Positions 11,211 to 23,700 of a stretch of 64,000 bases of DNA are shown here, one piece after another. Numbering within the stretch: the first letter of the stretch is position 1; each line of letters opens with the position of its first letter. The position numbers and the translations under genes were made by a program. Source of the stretch: Stylophora pistillata (Eukaryota); the NCBI RefSeq assembly GCF_002571385.2, contig NW_019218234.1:145912-209911 (forward strand), written 5' to 3'. The notes beneath the pieces are model-generated. The model was not told the origin of the DNA, did not search any database, and worked only from the letters and a program-made list of their open reading frames with translations.

Positions 11211-14200
11211 AAGGACTGATCGCAAAGCGAAATGCCCCCGCGAAATGTTTTAATCGCCTTTCTTTAATTGCTGTTTGCTTGCCATGCAAAACCTGATTGT
11301 GGCTTTTCAACAATTACTTCTGGTTTTGTTTGGAAGGATTGGGCGGCTTTTATGGATCATGGAGACTTAAACTCAACTGCTCAACAGACGTCGACGCCGC
11401 CGTCGACCTGTAGAATCCTGGTTTGAAATTGTAACTTCCATGAAGTCTTTTTCCGTAGACATTTGACAATGAGGAGAGAGTTACTCGACAACTTATTAAC
11501 ACTACGTTCAATTTCGAGATATGATGGCCAGTTGAAGGGTATCTGTCAAGGAAAAATAAAACTGTGAAGTTTGGTGGCACTTTCAAAAATTTTGGTCGGT
11601 CAAAAAATTCGTTAGCAGTGAAAATGGTGTCGGCTTGACAGATTTCTTTTGCAAAACAAACGAAATTTTGCGTAGTGCGAACAGGCCCTGAGCTTCGTTT
11701 CAAAACTTAAAAATTCTTTTTGCACCTGTCGATGGGTAAAGACCGTTAATATATTTGTACTGTGCGGCGTTACAATGTATTAAAGAAATGTTACAGTGAA
11801 GTCCTGTGTTTTAAAAGTCTTTTTGTTGTCTTTTAAATTTTCTCACAAATTTTTGTCCCAATAAAACTAAAATAAATTTTTAGTTGGAAATTTCCATATC
11901 ATTTTGTTTTTGTATAATATGTTAGCTTTAAATATGAAGTGCTTCTGGAAGTAATTAATGGGCTGCGTACGTCATTGTTAGAAAGTACTTGAACTTTGCT
12001 TTCAAATCCTCTGAGGATGACATCACTGCATTTTTAATTACGAACTGCTCGTCTGTGACGGCTTCCACATTAACAGGACGTTCGGGCCCTTTTTCTCCTA
12101 GCCTTAGGAATGAAAAGACTTATTTGCAAAAGTAGCGCAAACAGAGAACCGACCATCAGAGAAAAAGATACGAGGATGGATTTCAGCGTAGACATCTAGT
12201 TGCCAGTCCCCGAGGACTAAAACAAAGTGGAAAGCATTTAACGAAGAACTAATCGAGGCAGCTATTCAGAAATTTGATAAATGTCCATGGGGGTCCGTAT
12301 CCGCTAGCGGATTTGGAACGGGGGTCCAAATCTAGGGGGATCTAAATCCGCTAGGACACCGGTGCCGTGGAAACTACTAGTAAGTCCAGGATCTAGGTTA
12401 GCATGTGGTCCTGGGTTATGGATATCGTTGCACTGTAGCACAAACTGCACCAAATATTGCTGCTGCTCCAGACTGGACCAAATACGCCATTACACTAACT
12501 ACGCAAACTACTCCAGTTACACCAACATTTTCAGATACAAGAACTATACCTGAAACAATTTAGCCAGCCTGGCTATTTTCGCGCAGCCCAGGGACCAGAT
12601 TATGACTGGGAGCTAAAAGCTATGTGCCGAAAGTTTAGAGGTGGGGTGGGGTAGGTTTTGTACCCTGAATCAACTGGACGCTGCTCTTAGGTCATAGGGG
12701 CTTCTTGCAAAATATCACCTTCGTTCCCTTATGTTTTTTAAAGTATATTTTACATGACCGGCAGTCAGGCTTATGCCCCCAGATAGCTCAGCCCGTGGGT
12801 TCGGACTTCATTGCTCGAGGACTGTCAAGTGTCTTAAGAAGTGGGTTTGGAAGGGGCTGGAGCCGAGTTGACGCTGCCGACTCCAGCTCGCTAGCAGTAC
12901 GCCAATCAAACGTTTAGCAAGAAGATCAATCTCGACGGCCATGTGCCAGTTTCCCACAATAAATTTTTAAAGAAAAAATAACAAACAACCACGTCGCGCA
13001 AAATATGGAGGGTGTAACTGCAGTAATCGTAACCTCACAACACCACAATCATAAAGACGATTTATTCGGTACGAATGATGTTGACGGTATGTGGGTTGAA
13101 ACTTAAAACAATAAATGAATACGAAATTAAACCAATTTACTAGTAAAAGTGACAGGAAAGAAATGCACTGAACGAACTCGAAATGACAATACGTACATTG
13201 TTACGATTTCTACGAAACTGCTGGACAAATATAAACTGCCCAAAGGCGAAATAAGGATAAACTGGAGTAACTGCTCAAAGCGAACTACTGCATGGCCAAC
13301 GGAAGACTAAAACTCTGAACTGAGAAAGACTAAGTTTTATATGCGAAAACGACTAGCTAACTTAAAGTGCACTTAACGCCAATATTAAGAAAGAAACTAA
13401 GGAACAAAAATACGTGGCATAGAAACAACAGAAGCTAAATAACCAGCGAAAAAATACTAACGAACGACGAGAAACAGCGACAACACAAAGAGACCCCCCA
13501 ATGATTGATTGAATGAGAAAAACAAAAACAAAAAAAACATTCCGCACGCTAAGACCCTTCAGAGGGGTGCACATAGAAACGTTCATAGAGTGAAACAAAA
13601 GTAAGGAAAAGGAAGAATTTAGCACATATCTTATTTGACTACGGGCATTCTATTGATTTACCATTTCACAGTTTTGAGCTTTATCAAAAATTTTGTATGC
13701 TTTTGAAACATCGTGACCTATGTAGCTCAGGTATTTGCTTCTTACAACCTGAAAGCCCCTAGCCACGACCCCACAACTTTTGCACTGACTTGTAAAGACA
13801 TTTGACTGCTGTGTCCCGGCTAGGTCAGTTTTCCCTCGATGTCCGCCTTCAAGCCAGCCAGCCGGTCGCTTAAAATGATAGGACAGCAAGCAGGCAAGAA
13901 ATTGCCACACTGGAGGATGGGTTGTTGTCAGTTAGTTTTGTAAAGCTCAGGGTTGAGGAGGGGAGGTTTTGCTCACATTAGTCACTAAAGGTGTCTGTTA
14001 GGAAGAATTCTCGGACTGTCTCCGGCGCTTGATTCATGGTAAGCTTCGTGCCCTGTCGTAGCTCAAAATAAAGAGTGGGCTTGGCCATCGTGGCTGGGAG
14101 ATGTCGAGTTTCCAAAGTTGGGGGGCTTACAAAAATGATTCGAGTTTGCTGTACTCTTTGATATGTTTAGGCGAATTCCCACAGGTATGCAATTGTCATT

Positions 14201-15349
14201 TAGGCTAGAGCCCAAAGAAGGAGCAAGAAAAAATCATCCAGTTAAAATATCAAGCTCCCCTCGCTAGTTTCTATTTACACAGAAAGCAAAATCTTACAAA
14301 GCCATGCAAATTCTCGCATGTAACAGCATCCTGTCCACAATGATTACTCAACCACTTGATATACCATGAAAATACAAATATACCACGCGATCTCTCGCTT
14401 TCACTATATCTGTAGCTTTGTCTCCTAAAGCTACTCCACCAGCTCATTGCTCTCTTAGAAGCTATCAAGCAGCCCATACAAGGAAAAGAATCCATTCCTA
14501 AAGTTGTAGTCTACTTACAACTGTCCCCTTCCTGCCTCAGTAATATCGATTTCCGCTATTCTTGGCTTACTTTTTTTCCCAGCGATTGAGGCTGTGGTAG
14601 ACGGATTCATGCATGCAAAAACTTAAAAATATTGTGCAATAAATTAAAATTATACATGTCGTTACTAAGCACGTCATCACCTGCGAAAGAACGATGTCGG
14701 AGTCGGCCAATAATATTGTTCAGAAACTACTTAATGTCATACGAACCACTTTACGACGCTCAGGGAGAGGTTAAGGAGGACATTTGTGCGGAGTATTTTT
14801 TTCAATTCTTGTCGATGATTATTGAATATTGTATACGTCATATTAAAGAAATGTAGCAAATAGAAAACTTTGTGAAACTTTGTGTTTGCTTAACTATGAA
14901 GATACCTATTTTAACTGTTGTTGTTTTGTACGTACAAGACTACCCTGGACAGTATGTAAATCAGGTCTTAGCAGGTTAATCAAGTATGATAAACCACGAG
15001 AACAACTCGAGTGTTTCACAAGCTGTACATGAACGTCTTGTTAGAGGGACTAACCTGTTCGTGTGAACTTCCTTATTAGATCAATCAAGACAATTCCTAC
15101 TTTCCTAGATGAGCGAATTTTTTTATGGTGTTCGCGAGGAAGACCTGGATGGCAGTAAGGGATTCAAAGGTTTACTGGTGCTGCGTGAAATCTTTCAAGT
15201 AATTTTTGACGAGGGTAGTTAACGCGTGTATGTTACCCAAAGACTTGAATTTTCTTGGGTTTGTCAACTGGTTTCGGGGAAGCATTAAAGGAATTGCAGT
15301 ATACTTGTTGACTTGTATTTGAAGCTCAGAAACGAAGTCTGGATAACAA

Positions 15350-15925
15350 ATGAAGGAGGAAGGGGTTACAAATTCACTGATGGCCACCAATAGTGAGAGC
15401 TGCTTCGCTTCTCGCGGATCCATTTTTGCCATTGTTGACAACATTCACTGGGCGATCGCCAGCGCCAAGCACAATAAAGCTTATGTCCTTCGATTTGTGC
15501 CTGTACTCAAGCAGATTACCAAAGTTTTGAACGGGGCAGATGTGAAATTCATACGCCGCGCCGAATTCTACAGCGATCTGAAAGAAACCCTACACAAGAT
15601 TGAAAACCATGTTAAGGAAAGTTCAACTCGTGGAAAATGGATGAATAAGTTGATGGCTAAGAAGAATCAAAAAAGTTTCGATGAATTTGAGGAGCATGTG
15701 GATCATCTCATAACACGAATCGTTTTTTCGTTCGCTCAGCGAGTTCAACTGCTGAACATGGCTCGGCAAAAGAAGAAAGCGTTGCCAGAGATACCAGAAG
15801 AAGATGAATTGAGCGAAGGCAAGATGGACGAGGAACGCGCTTGTTTGTTAGCAACAAATGATGATACTCCAAGGAAGGAAATTTCTTTGGCAAGCCAGGA
15901 AGATGATATAGCTGGAGAAAGATAA
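15350..15925 (+). CDS. Single-exon 191-aa protein resembling the MLKL N-terminal four-helix bundle (HeLo-like) plus brace helix, with an acidic tail and no kinase domain
   Basis: Uninterrupted ATG-TAA ORF in an AAATG context, with a candidate 5' UTR acceptor near 15109. IFAIVDNIHWAIASAKHNKAYVLRFVPVLKQITKVL and YSDLKETLHKIENHVKESSTRGKWMNKLMAKKNQKSFDEFEEHVDHLITRI match by eye the helical pattern of MLKL ([36 protein letters not shown] / [51 protein letters not shown]). Confidence 0.7.
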   Translation: MKEEGVTNSLMATNSESCFASRGSIFAIVDNIHWAIASAKHNKAYVLRFVPVLKQITKVLNGADVKFIRRAEFYSDLKETLHKIENHVKESSTRGKWMNKLMAKKNQKSFDEFEEHVDHLITRIVFSFAQRVQLLNMARQKKKALPEIPEEDELSEGKMDEERACLLATNDDTPRKEISLASQEDDIAGER

Positions 15926-17127
15926 ACGTTCAGTTGCATTTTTATCTTCTAAGACAAAATCAATGCTAACATTATTCGAAAAACGTGCATAAACAGTTGA
16001 AAATTTAGCTTGTTGGTTAACCATCTTGATTTATCACCTCCAGAATAGTTGATAAAAGAATTATTCCGATTGAGCTTCTCGGAGAAATATTCAATTGTTG
16101 ATTAGAGTAGTGTGATAGTAATTTTGATTTTGAGCAGTTAGTCTTGAGTAGGTAAAGCTGGACAAACTCGGCTACGTTTTGGGGGTTAGCCACAAAGTGC
16201 ACTCTGAAACTAATTACTTATGCAAAGCTTGTGTAAACAATCATAACGCACAAACACGCACTTAATTGTGCCGTCGTTGTATTATACATGGGTATTGGAC
16301 GCGAGGGTATTGTTTTGAAATATTCGGAGGCATGAAAGTGTTTTATATCTCTATATTTAAGAAGTGTCAAGTTCTTCGTGAATGTTATATTACATGTATA
16401 TACATGTAAGCAAATTTGGGCACTTCTGAATTATGGGAATTTTTCAATTGTTTTAGCTCTTTATATGGTTTGTGAAGTACTGAACAAGATTCCAATTGTT
16501 TACGATTTAATGGCAGAGCATGGGAAGTTTGTTCCTCTTTTCTTGTCACAAGTGACAATACATACAGTAGAACCCCACTAACTTGCAAAAAATGTCAGTC
16601 GGTGGTTTGAGCTAACAAGTAATCATGTTTATCATTCATCGGTTTAGTAAAATAAATTTGCTTTCTGAGGCGTTTTTTTTTTTTTTTTAAGAATCTTTAG
16701 TTTGGGAAGTTTAGCTGAAGATTGGGACACATTAATGAGCTATGTTCTGTCACTTTGACCGTTATGGACCTATGATTTTATTTAAGTTCAAGTTGTCTGG
16801 ATAAATATTAGCCAAGGGCAAGTAGAATCACTTTGAGTTGGCAGGTAATTTGAATTTAAGTTAGCTGATAGTAAATGACTGGAAAAAATGGGAAATTGCA
16901 TCTTGTTTGACTCGGTGAGGTTTAAGGTTAATCAGGGGGCTCTACCGTATTTCTTGTTAAAAATATAAGCTTTATTGATTCTTGTCGGGTAAACTTATCA
17001 ATGATGAGTATAGCTATGTGCTTGAATGTTGTAAGCTTGTCTTGGGGGACATCTGGACTAAAACTGTAAGTGAAGTAGATGTAAACTGTGTATTCAACTT
17101 TTAACAAATATATGTATTTGTGCCCAA

Positions 17128-17455
17128 TCCTTGCAGTAAAGAGCACTATTTGAGTAATAGTGAAAATCAGACCTGAAAAATTCAGGCCAGTACGGGATTT
17201 GAACCACTGACCTCTGCAAGACTAGTGCAGCACTCTACCAATTGAGCTAAAAGGCCAACTGGGAGCAGGTCATCAAGTTAACAGGCCTGAATTCTACAGG
17301 TCTGATTTTCACTATTGCTTAAATAGTGCTCTTTACTGCGGTGATCGTGGTGGTTTACGTGCGGTGATCGTGAATATTTCTATAACCGCAGTTCAGATAC
17401 ATGAATTTCATTTATTCATTGTGTTTGATTTATCATCTTACAGGTTTATGTCAAA
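17128..17455. mobile_element. Older fold-back copy of the tRNA-Thr-derived repeat
   Basis: GAAAATCAGACCTGAAAAATTCAGGCC…GAACCACTGACCTCTGC…GAGCTAA followed by an inverted partial copy (CAGGCCTGAATTCTACAGGTCTGATTTTC…). Confidence 0.8.
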
Positions 17456-17760
17456 TTAAATATTAATTGAATGCAACAAATTTAGAAAACACAAACAAAA
17501 GAAAGAAATCTTTAAGTCTCAAAACTCTAACAATCAAACCAAATAATTTTATTTTACATGTTCATAAATACTATTGCTGCCTGCTGGGACTGCCCTGCCT
17601 TCTGTATCAAGTCACAGAAGAGAGGAATTCTGTAAACCCAGCCAAACATGGCAGTGTGGCATTAAAAGTGTGGAAAGCTCTCCATCCTATTGCCAAATGT
17701 GGGCAATTGCTGCTATGCTTGAAAGGCACTGATGAACAACAGTGCCAATCCTTTTCATGT

Positions 17761-20700
17761 TTACTGTCCCAGACTTGTTGGTAAAAAATTTTGTTTTTCC
17801 TTGAGTAACTGACGATCAAGTAGTACATGTCCCAACATTCCTCTTCTAAACCTTTTGAGGAAATCAACATGAGCTCTGCGATAATCTGGTACTCCACCTT
17901 AAAAAATAAAACAGTCACAAATTTGACAAAGCTACAACAAAATAATTCACAATTACAACAATTAAAACAAGTCTTGTGCAATCAAATTTAAGAAAGAAAC
18001 TGTAAGTATAGAAGATTGAACAAAAAAGTTGATTGGAAAGTGTGTGAATTTTTATGATGTCAATAACATGCTAGACGTCTTTGAAATATTTCTATTGTTT
18101 CCAACATACCCGATATTGTAGCATCTAGTTTGTTAGCCCACTGTCTCATGACAAAGTTCACATTATCACTAGGGTTCATGAGGCCAAAACTTTCCACATA
18201 TCTAGGAGAACAGTAACATTTCTAAAATGTTACAATTTGTCATAAGCATCACTACTTTAATCACCAAATTTATGTTTGCTGTAAGCAAAAAGATCACAAT
18301 TACATATGTTTGGAGATGAACTAAAAAAGGGTGCATGTCAAGTCAAATCTCAACTTCTGGACAGCTGCCTATGGCAAAGAGCACCCAACTACCTCTGAAC
18401 ACACCCTTAACCCATAAGAAGGTAAAAGAAGATGGCACAAAAGCAGAAGAGAAAACAGACCTACAGTAGATAGAAAACTTAAATGGCTTTTTCAGTTTAT
18501 TCTCACCAGTGAGACTAAACATGGTATGAACATGTACACCTGATCCAGTTTTCCTGAATCATTTGAATTCTTTCTTGTAATTGTAATTCCTTCTCCTTGC
18601 TCCTTTGTACCCTTGACACCCATTAGTTTCTTATCTCTGGTTAACAATTAACCACACTGTCAATGGAGTTAGGGGTGGGAACGGGAAAGGTGGTGGTTGG
18701 AAATAGGGCAAAACAGTTTTGGAATTCAATGCAAGTAATCCTAACTGTAGTATGTATTTTAACAAGTGTACCCTTTGCTAAGGTTCTTTCACCCCAAAGC
18801 TCCTCATAACTAAGTTTAATTTTCATATAGGGAGTTTGTTACTTGTACTTTTAGAAAGACCCAAAAGATATATCATGTTGTAATGTCTTTTTCAATATTA
18901 CTGGTTGATGCCTTTTTTATTTTTAGATATTCAGAGAAAACTTTAGTTAGTAGTCATGTAATAATACTTATTCATACACTACACCAAAACAGTCACTAAC
19001 TGTACTCTACAAATCTTAGGTAACACCATATGGAACTCACTCAAAACGTTTTTCTTTGTTCAAGGTATACAACAGATAATCAGCAATCAATTCCTCACCA
19101 ACAATATGATCTTTAAAGCAACCTTCAATAACATGGAGTATTAGAACTGATTTATCTATTACTATAAGACATTTTAAAAGTGTTTTGTACCCTGGAAGCT
19201 ACGTGTAAGGGGTAATGATAACTATATGGGGAAAGTCATTGCAATAATCAAAACTCAACAGTCATCATCGAGGGGCATACTGGTAATTATTGGGATGAAC
19301 CCATTATCTCTAAAACTACACAATCTATCAAACAGTAAATGTTTAAACCACAACAATTGGTCATAATGACTGACAATGACACTTGGTGGTGGGAGCCACT
19401 GACACTTTGACAACCTGAGCAGAAGTCATCATCAGTCAAGAGTCATTAATTTTGTTGATGCCATAGTTGATTTGATGAGCTGGGAAACTTGTTACTGAAT
19501 AACTTTCAAGGATTTTGGTATACAGAGAAATTGATGGATTGTTAACTTCAGTTAAAACGACTATCAGTAAGTTACTTGACTTTGGTGGAAAAATTGACCC
19601 AAACAATTCAAGGTAGCTTTATGATGAGGTGTGTTATCAACACATTTTGATATACCAGTACATTATCATTGGGTAACAAACACTGTATGATCATAAAATA
19701 ATAATTGTACAGTATAGACTGGCTGAAACCCAGCAATGCTCTAATAATTATGCTTTAAATGAAGCCATACCTATTAATGCTAGCTTCATTCCTACTTCTG
19801 CAGTTGGTATATATGGAGCCACCACACCTGAAAAAATGAGAAGCATTGTAAGTAAAAAAGTAGCATTCTGCTGATCTACATGACTTTGTATTATCAGCCA
19901 ATCATGTAAGTTAACTGACTGAGATTACTTAACTACACGGGTTACCTGGAGTGTCAATCATGTATGTTACTGGCTCATCACAAACCTGCAAGATATAATT
20001 TCAATACCAAAAATGCCTTTCTAAAAATCAGTTATTGTGCAATGAGTGTAACTAAGGTCAGTAGTGTATACAGTTGTAGAAATGAATCCATAAGAGCCAG
20101 AGTTCCTATCGTTAGCATTTTTAATTTACATCAGATAGTTGCATGTTTTGGTTTTACATAACAAAAAGATTAGGAAACAGACAGAAAGAAAAGGAATAAC
20201 TTGTACAATATAAACTGTTCAGTTTTACCCCAGAGCCTTACTATATCAAAATTATTATCATTTTATTTTATTCTTGTTTTGGAGAATGAGTGGCTATATA
20301 ATCAATAATGATGATCAGATGAAGGAACAGAAATATGGAACTAACAAAAAAATTGACATCATGGCACATACATGTAAAAGGGGAGAGCAGATGCCCTGAA
20401 ACTTCATATTTGAAGTGTATAGGTCATTTAAGTATGAAGGCAATCTTCACAGTGATGAACACTACTTCAGCAGTAATGAAAATAAGGCCTGAAAAAAACT
20501 TCGGGACTGTACAGGATTCGAACCCATGCACCTCTGCGATACCAGTGCCTATGTGAAAATCGTATAATGTCAACTACATAATTTATATGAACAATAAACA
20601 TCCACTCATCACCTCGCAGGTTTATTACAAACTAACATAATGACCAGTTCCCATTTGGCTTGTTAGCTCAGTCGGTAGAGCAATGCACCTGTATCACAGA

Positions 20701-23700
20701 GGTCATGGGTTCCATTCCTGTCCAGGCCTGAATTTTTTTCGGGCATTATTTTCTCTACTGCTTAGGTAGCATTCATCACTGCAAAGATCGCTCTCATACT
20801 CATTTCTTTACCACAGTTCACATAATTACATGATTTTGATATATTCACAAACTTTGTATAGTTCACATTAATTAAAATAATTATACCATTATAGAACAAT
20901 GAGTAAACAGCCAGGGTAAAAAAAAAAAAAGAAAGAAACTACACGTGTTTCTGAAATTGCAACTTTTCAAACTAGTTAAGTCAAGACCATTGAAAATAAG
21001 GATTGTTTAGGGTTACAAAGTTCCTTTTTAATGCTTTTCACCTTTCAAAGAAAGCAATTTCAATTTCTTGAGCTGATGCACATGGAAAAATGTTTACATA
21101 CAGTGTGTAGATAAAGTTTGTAAGCACCTTAATTTTCTCTTGTATGGATCTTGTTATCCCTGGAACAGCACCCACTCTGGTTGCTTTGCCTTCACACAAA
21201 CCAAGAAAACAATATGATAACCATATTTTAATAATAAACAGTTTAAATCAAATGTTCCACAAATTCACAAAGTATTTGCCACTGGAGGCAGGAAAATTAA
21301 ATTACAGTAACTACACTTTGTCTCTCAAATGTGCATGTGTTGTGGGAGAGCAACATTCAGAACCATTACCATGGTACTCTTCATTGCCTTTTTTGCACTT
21401 TTCTAACTCTGCATTTAATATACATTAATTTACAAGACATTCCTTTCACCCACAGATAGCAAATGCTAATCCACATAGGTCATTTTTTCCCTCAACTAAC
21501 TTAATGTAATTACCCTTTAAATTAAAATGAAGATGAAGAAATGCAACATAAAAAGACACACTAGAAAAGAAACTTAGGAGAATTAAAGAAGTTCATTGTT
21601 GAGGAGAAAAAATCCAAGTGTTTCTAAGTGCATGAAACTTACTGCTGAACTGGTTCAATTTAGTTCAATTTTGCTGTTTAAATTTTATTTTAGCATTACC
21701 GGCATCTCATCAGGCTCCATTTAATAATTTCTTAGTACAGGGAGAAGGCTGAAGATTGATGAAAAATTAAAAAAATACCTTTTCGCATGTATTTTCTTCG
21801 GAGTGCATTTACCAAAGACGACTTTCCAGTATTTGGCAAACCACAGATCAAAATATTGTAAGGCTTGTCTGGATTCTATATGCAAAAGTTGAAAGACAGT
21901 CACTTTTTTCAAAATATTTGATATTCCTGAGAGATATTTATGCTGCTTGGATTGCAATTTATAGACAGGAAAGTTGAACTGCTAACGTCATTGTAGGCTG
22001 GTGTTCACTCTGATTTTTTTCATTTACTGTTGGTGTCATGGGTCAGGTCTAGTTATTAAATATACTTTCAGAAGAATAATTAATTTAATGAAAAAAGTCA
22101 TTCTTATTCCAATGTTTGGGAGTTTTAGTTATGATAATCAATTATTACAAGATTCTCTCTTTAGTTAAAGTAAGTAATAATACTTCACAATAATTAACAT
22201 AATTATATGTGACCCTCAGAAATATTATTGATAATTTATATTGGTGCAAGGGAAATAATTCATTACATGGTTAACATACTTCACCACTGATTACAGATTT
22301 TTTTCATTTGATTTTGTGATTGAATGAATGTAAACTGAACAGTCTTTCAACTCAGATTAGTCCTGTTTTCACATTAAATAGAGAGTGGGTCAAACCCTTT
22401 TGACATATTTTAACAAACTAAGGATCCTGAGGCAATTTTGCATGACTATTTCAGACCCAGGACACACATTTCAGGGTGTTACTAAATTGTGGGTTAGCAG
22501 ACCACGGATATTCTGGAACCTGTGGAACCTCTTATTTTTAATGAAAAGCAAAAATATGAAAAAGAATTAAAACAAAAAACCCCAATCTGTTAGAAATTTC
22601 CTTTACAGGTATACGAACCATTTTGTTAAAAGAGGAAGATACTATTCATGCCCTTGATGTCCAAGTTTGGTCCAACTAGAAATTATAGACAAGGGTATGT
22701 GTAATGTCATAAGGAGCAATTACAGCCATCACCAACCCAAAATGTAAGTAAATTGTACAATAATTTAAAAGCTCCACTGGTTTGGTACTGCAATCTAAAT
22801 ATAACACGTCTTCTGGAGGCTCTTAGTGAACCTTTGGAATGGGGAATAAAAATGTTATGGCTAGAATTTCAGGGTGATTTCAAGGGATTATATTGCTACT
22901 TTATTCCCATTTTAATATAAAAATTACTGCACATTCCTTAACTTGCAGAGTAATTTTATAAAGAAACATTTTTGAAATATCAATAACCAAAGATATCTAC
23001 TGACTGATCTAATATATGTTCCTTCATATTCAGCATCCTTTACTGCTTCAAGGACAGCTGGTATAACCTGTAAAGCAAGTCAATAATGATATTAATAACT
23101 TGTGAATTACCAGTAATATTTTAAAACACAATCAATTTTAGGTTCACCATTGACTTCAGTGAACTTTAGGAAGCTGGATATGTATATCACAATTTCTACT
23201 GTTGCAATCTAATTTCCCCTCTGTACTACAAGTAAATTAATTCACTAATGTTTTGTCCAATATATCTATCATTAATGAAGCTTGCCTGGTCAGGGTTGAT
23301 GAAAAGAGTCTAATTCAATGAATTTATTTGTGTTTTCTATTTAATTATTTTCAATGTTGGACAGGATGGCCCAGTCCAGCTTTGAAGCTGGTTTGAATGG
23401 GGGACCTGTATAACCAATTACAAGGCCACAACACAAAAATAGATTATATTTTGTATTACCTGCACTATGAAAAACAACAAGATGATAGCAAAAGAGATGT
23501 TATCAAATGAAGTCATTATTAGTGTAAACTAACTGCAATATGCTCATAAACAAATCACATGTTTAATCTCAAACAGGTGTATTTGACCATATTTTTTTGT
23601 TTACCCTTTTAATGCTGTAATGATATTGTGATTTACTGTCAGTAAGCACAGCTCTAGTTCCCTCACTTTCCAGTTGCCTCAGGATCTCCTACAATTTAAA

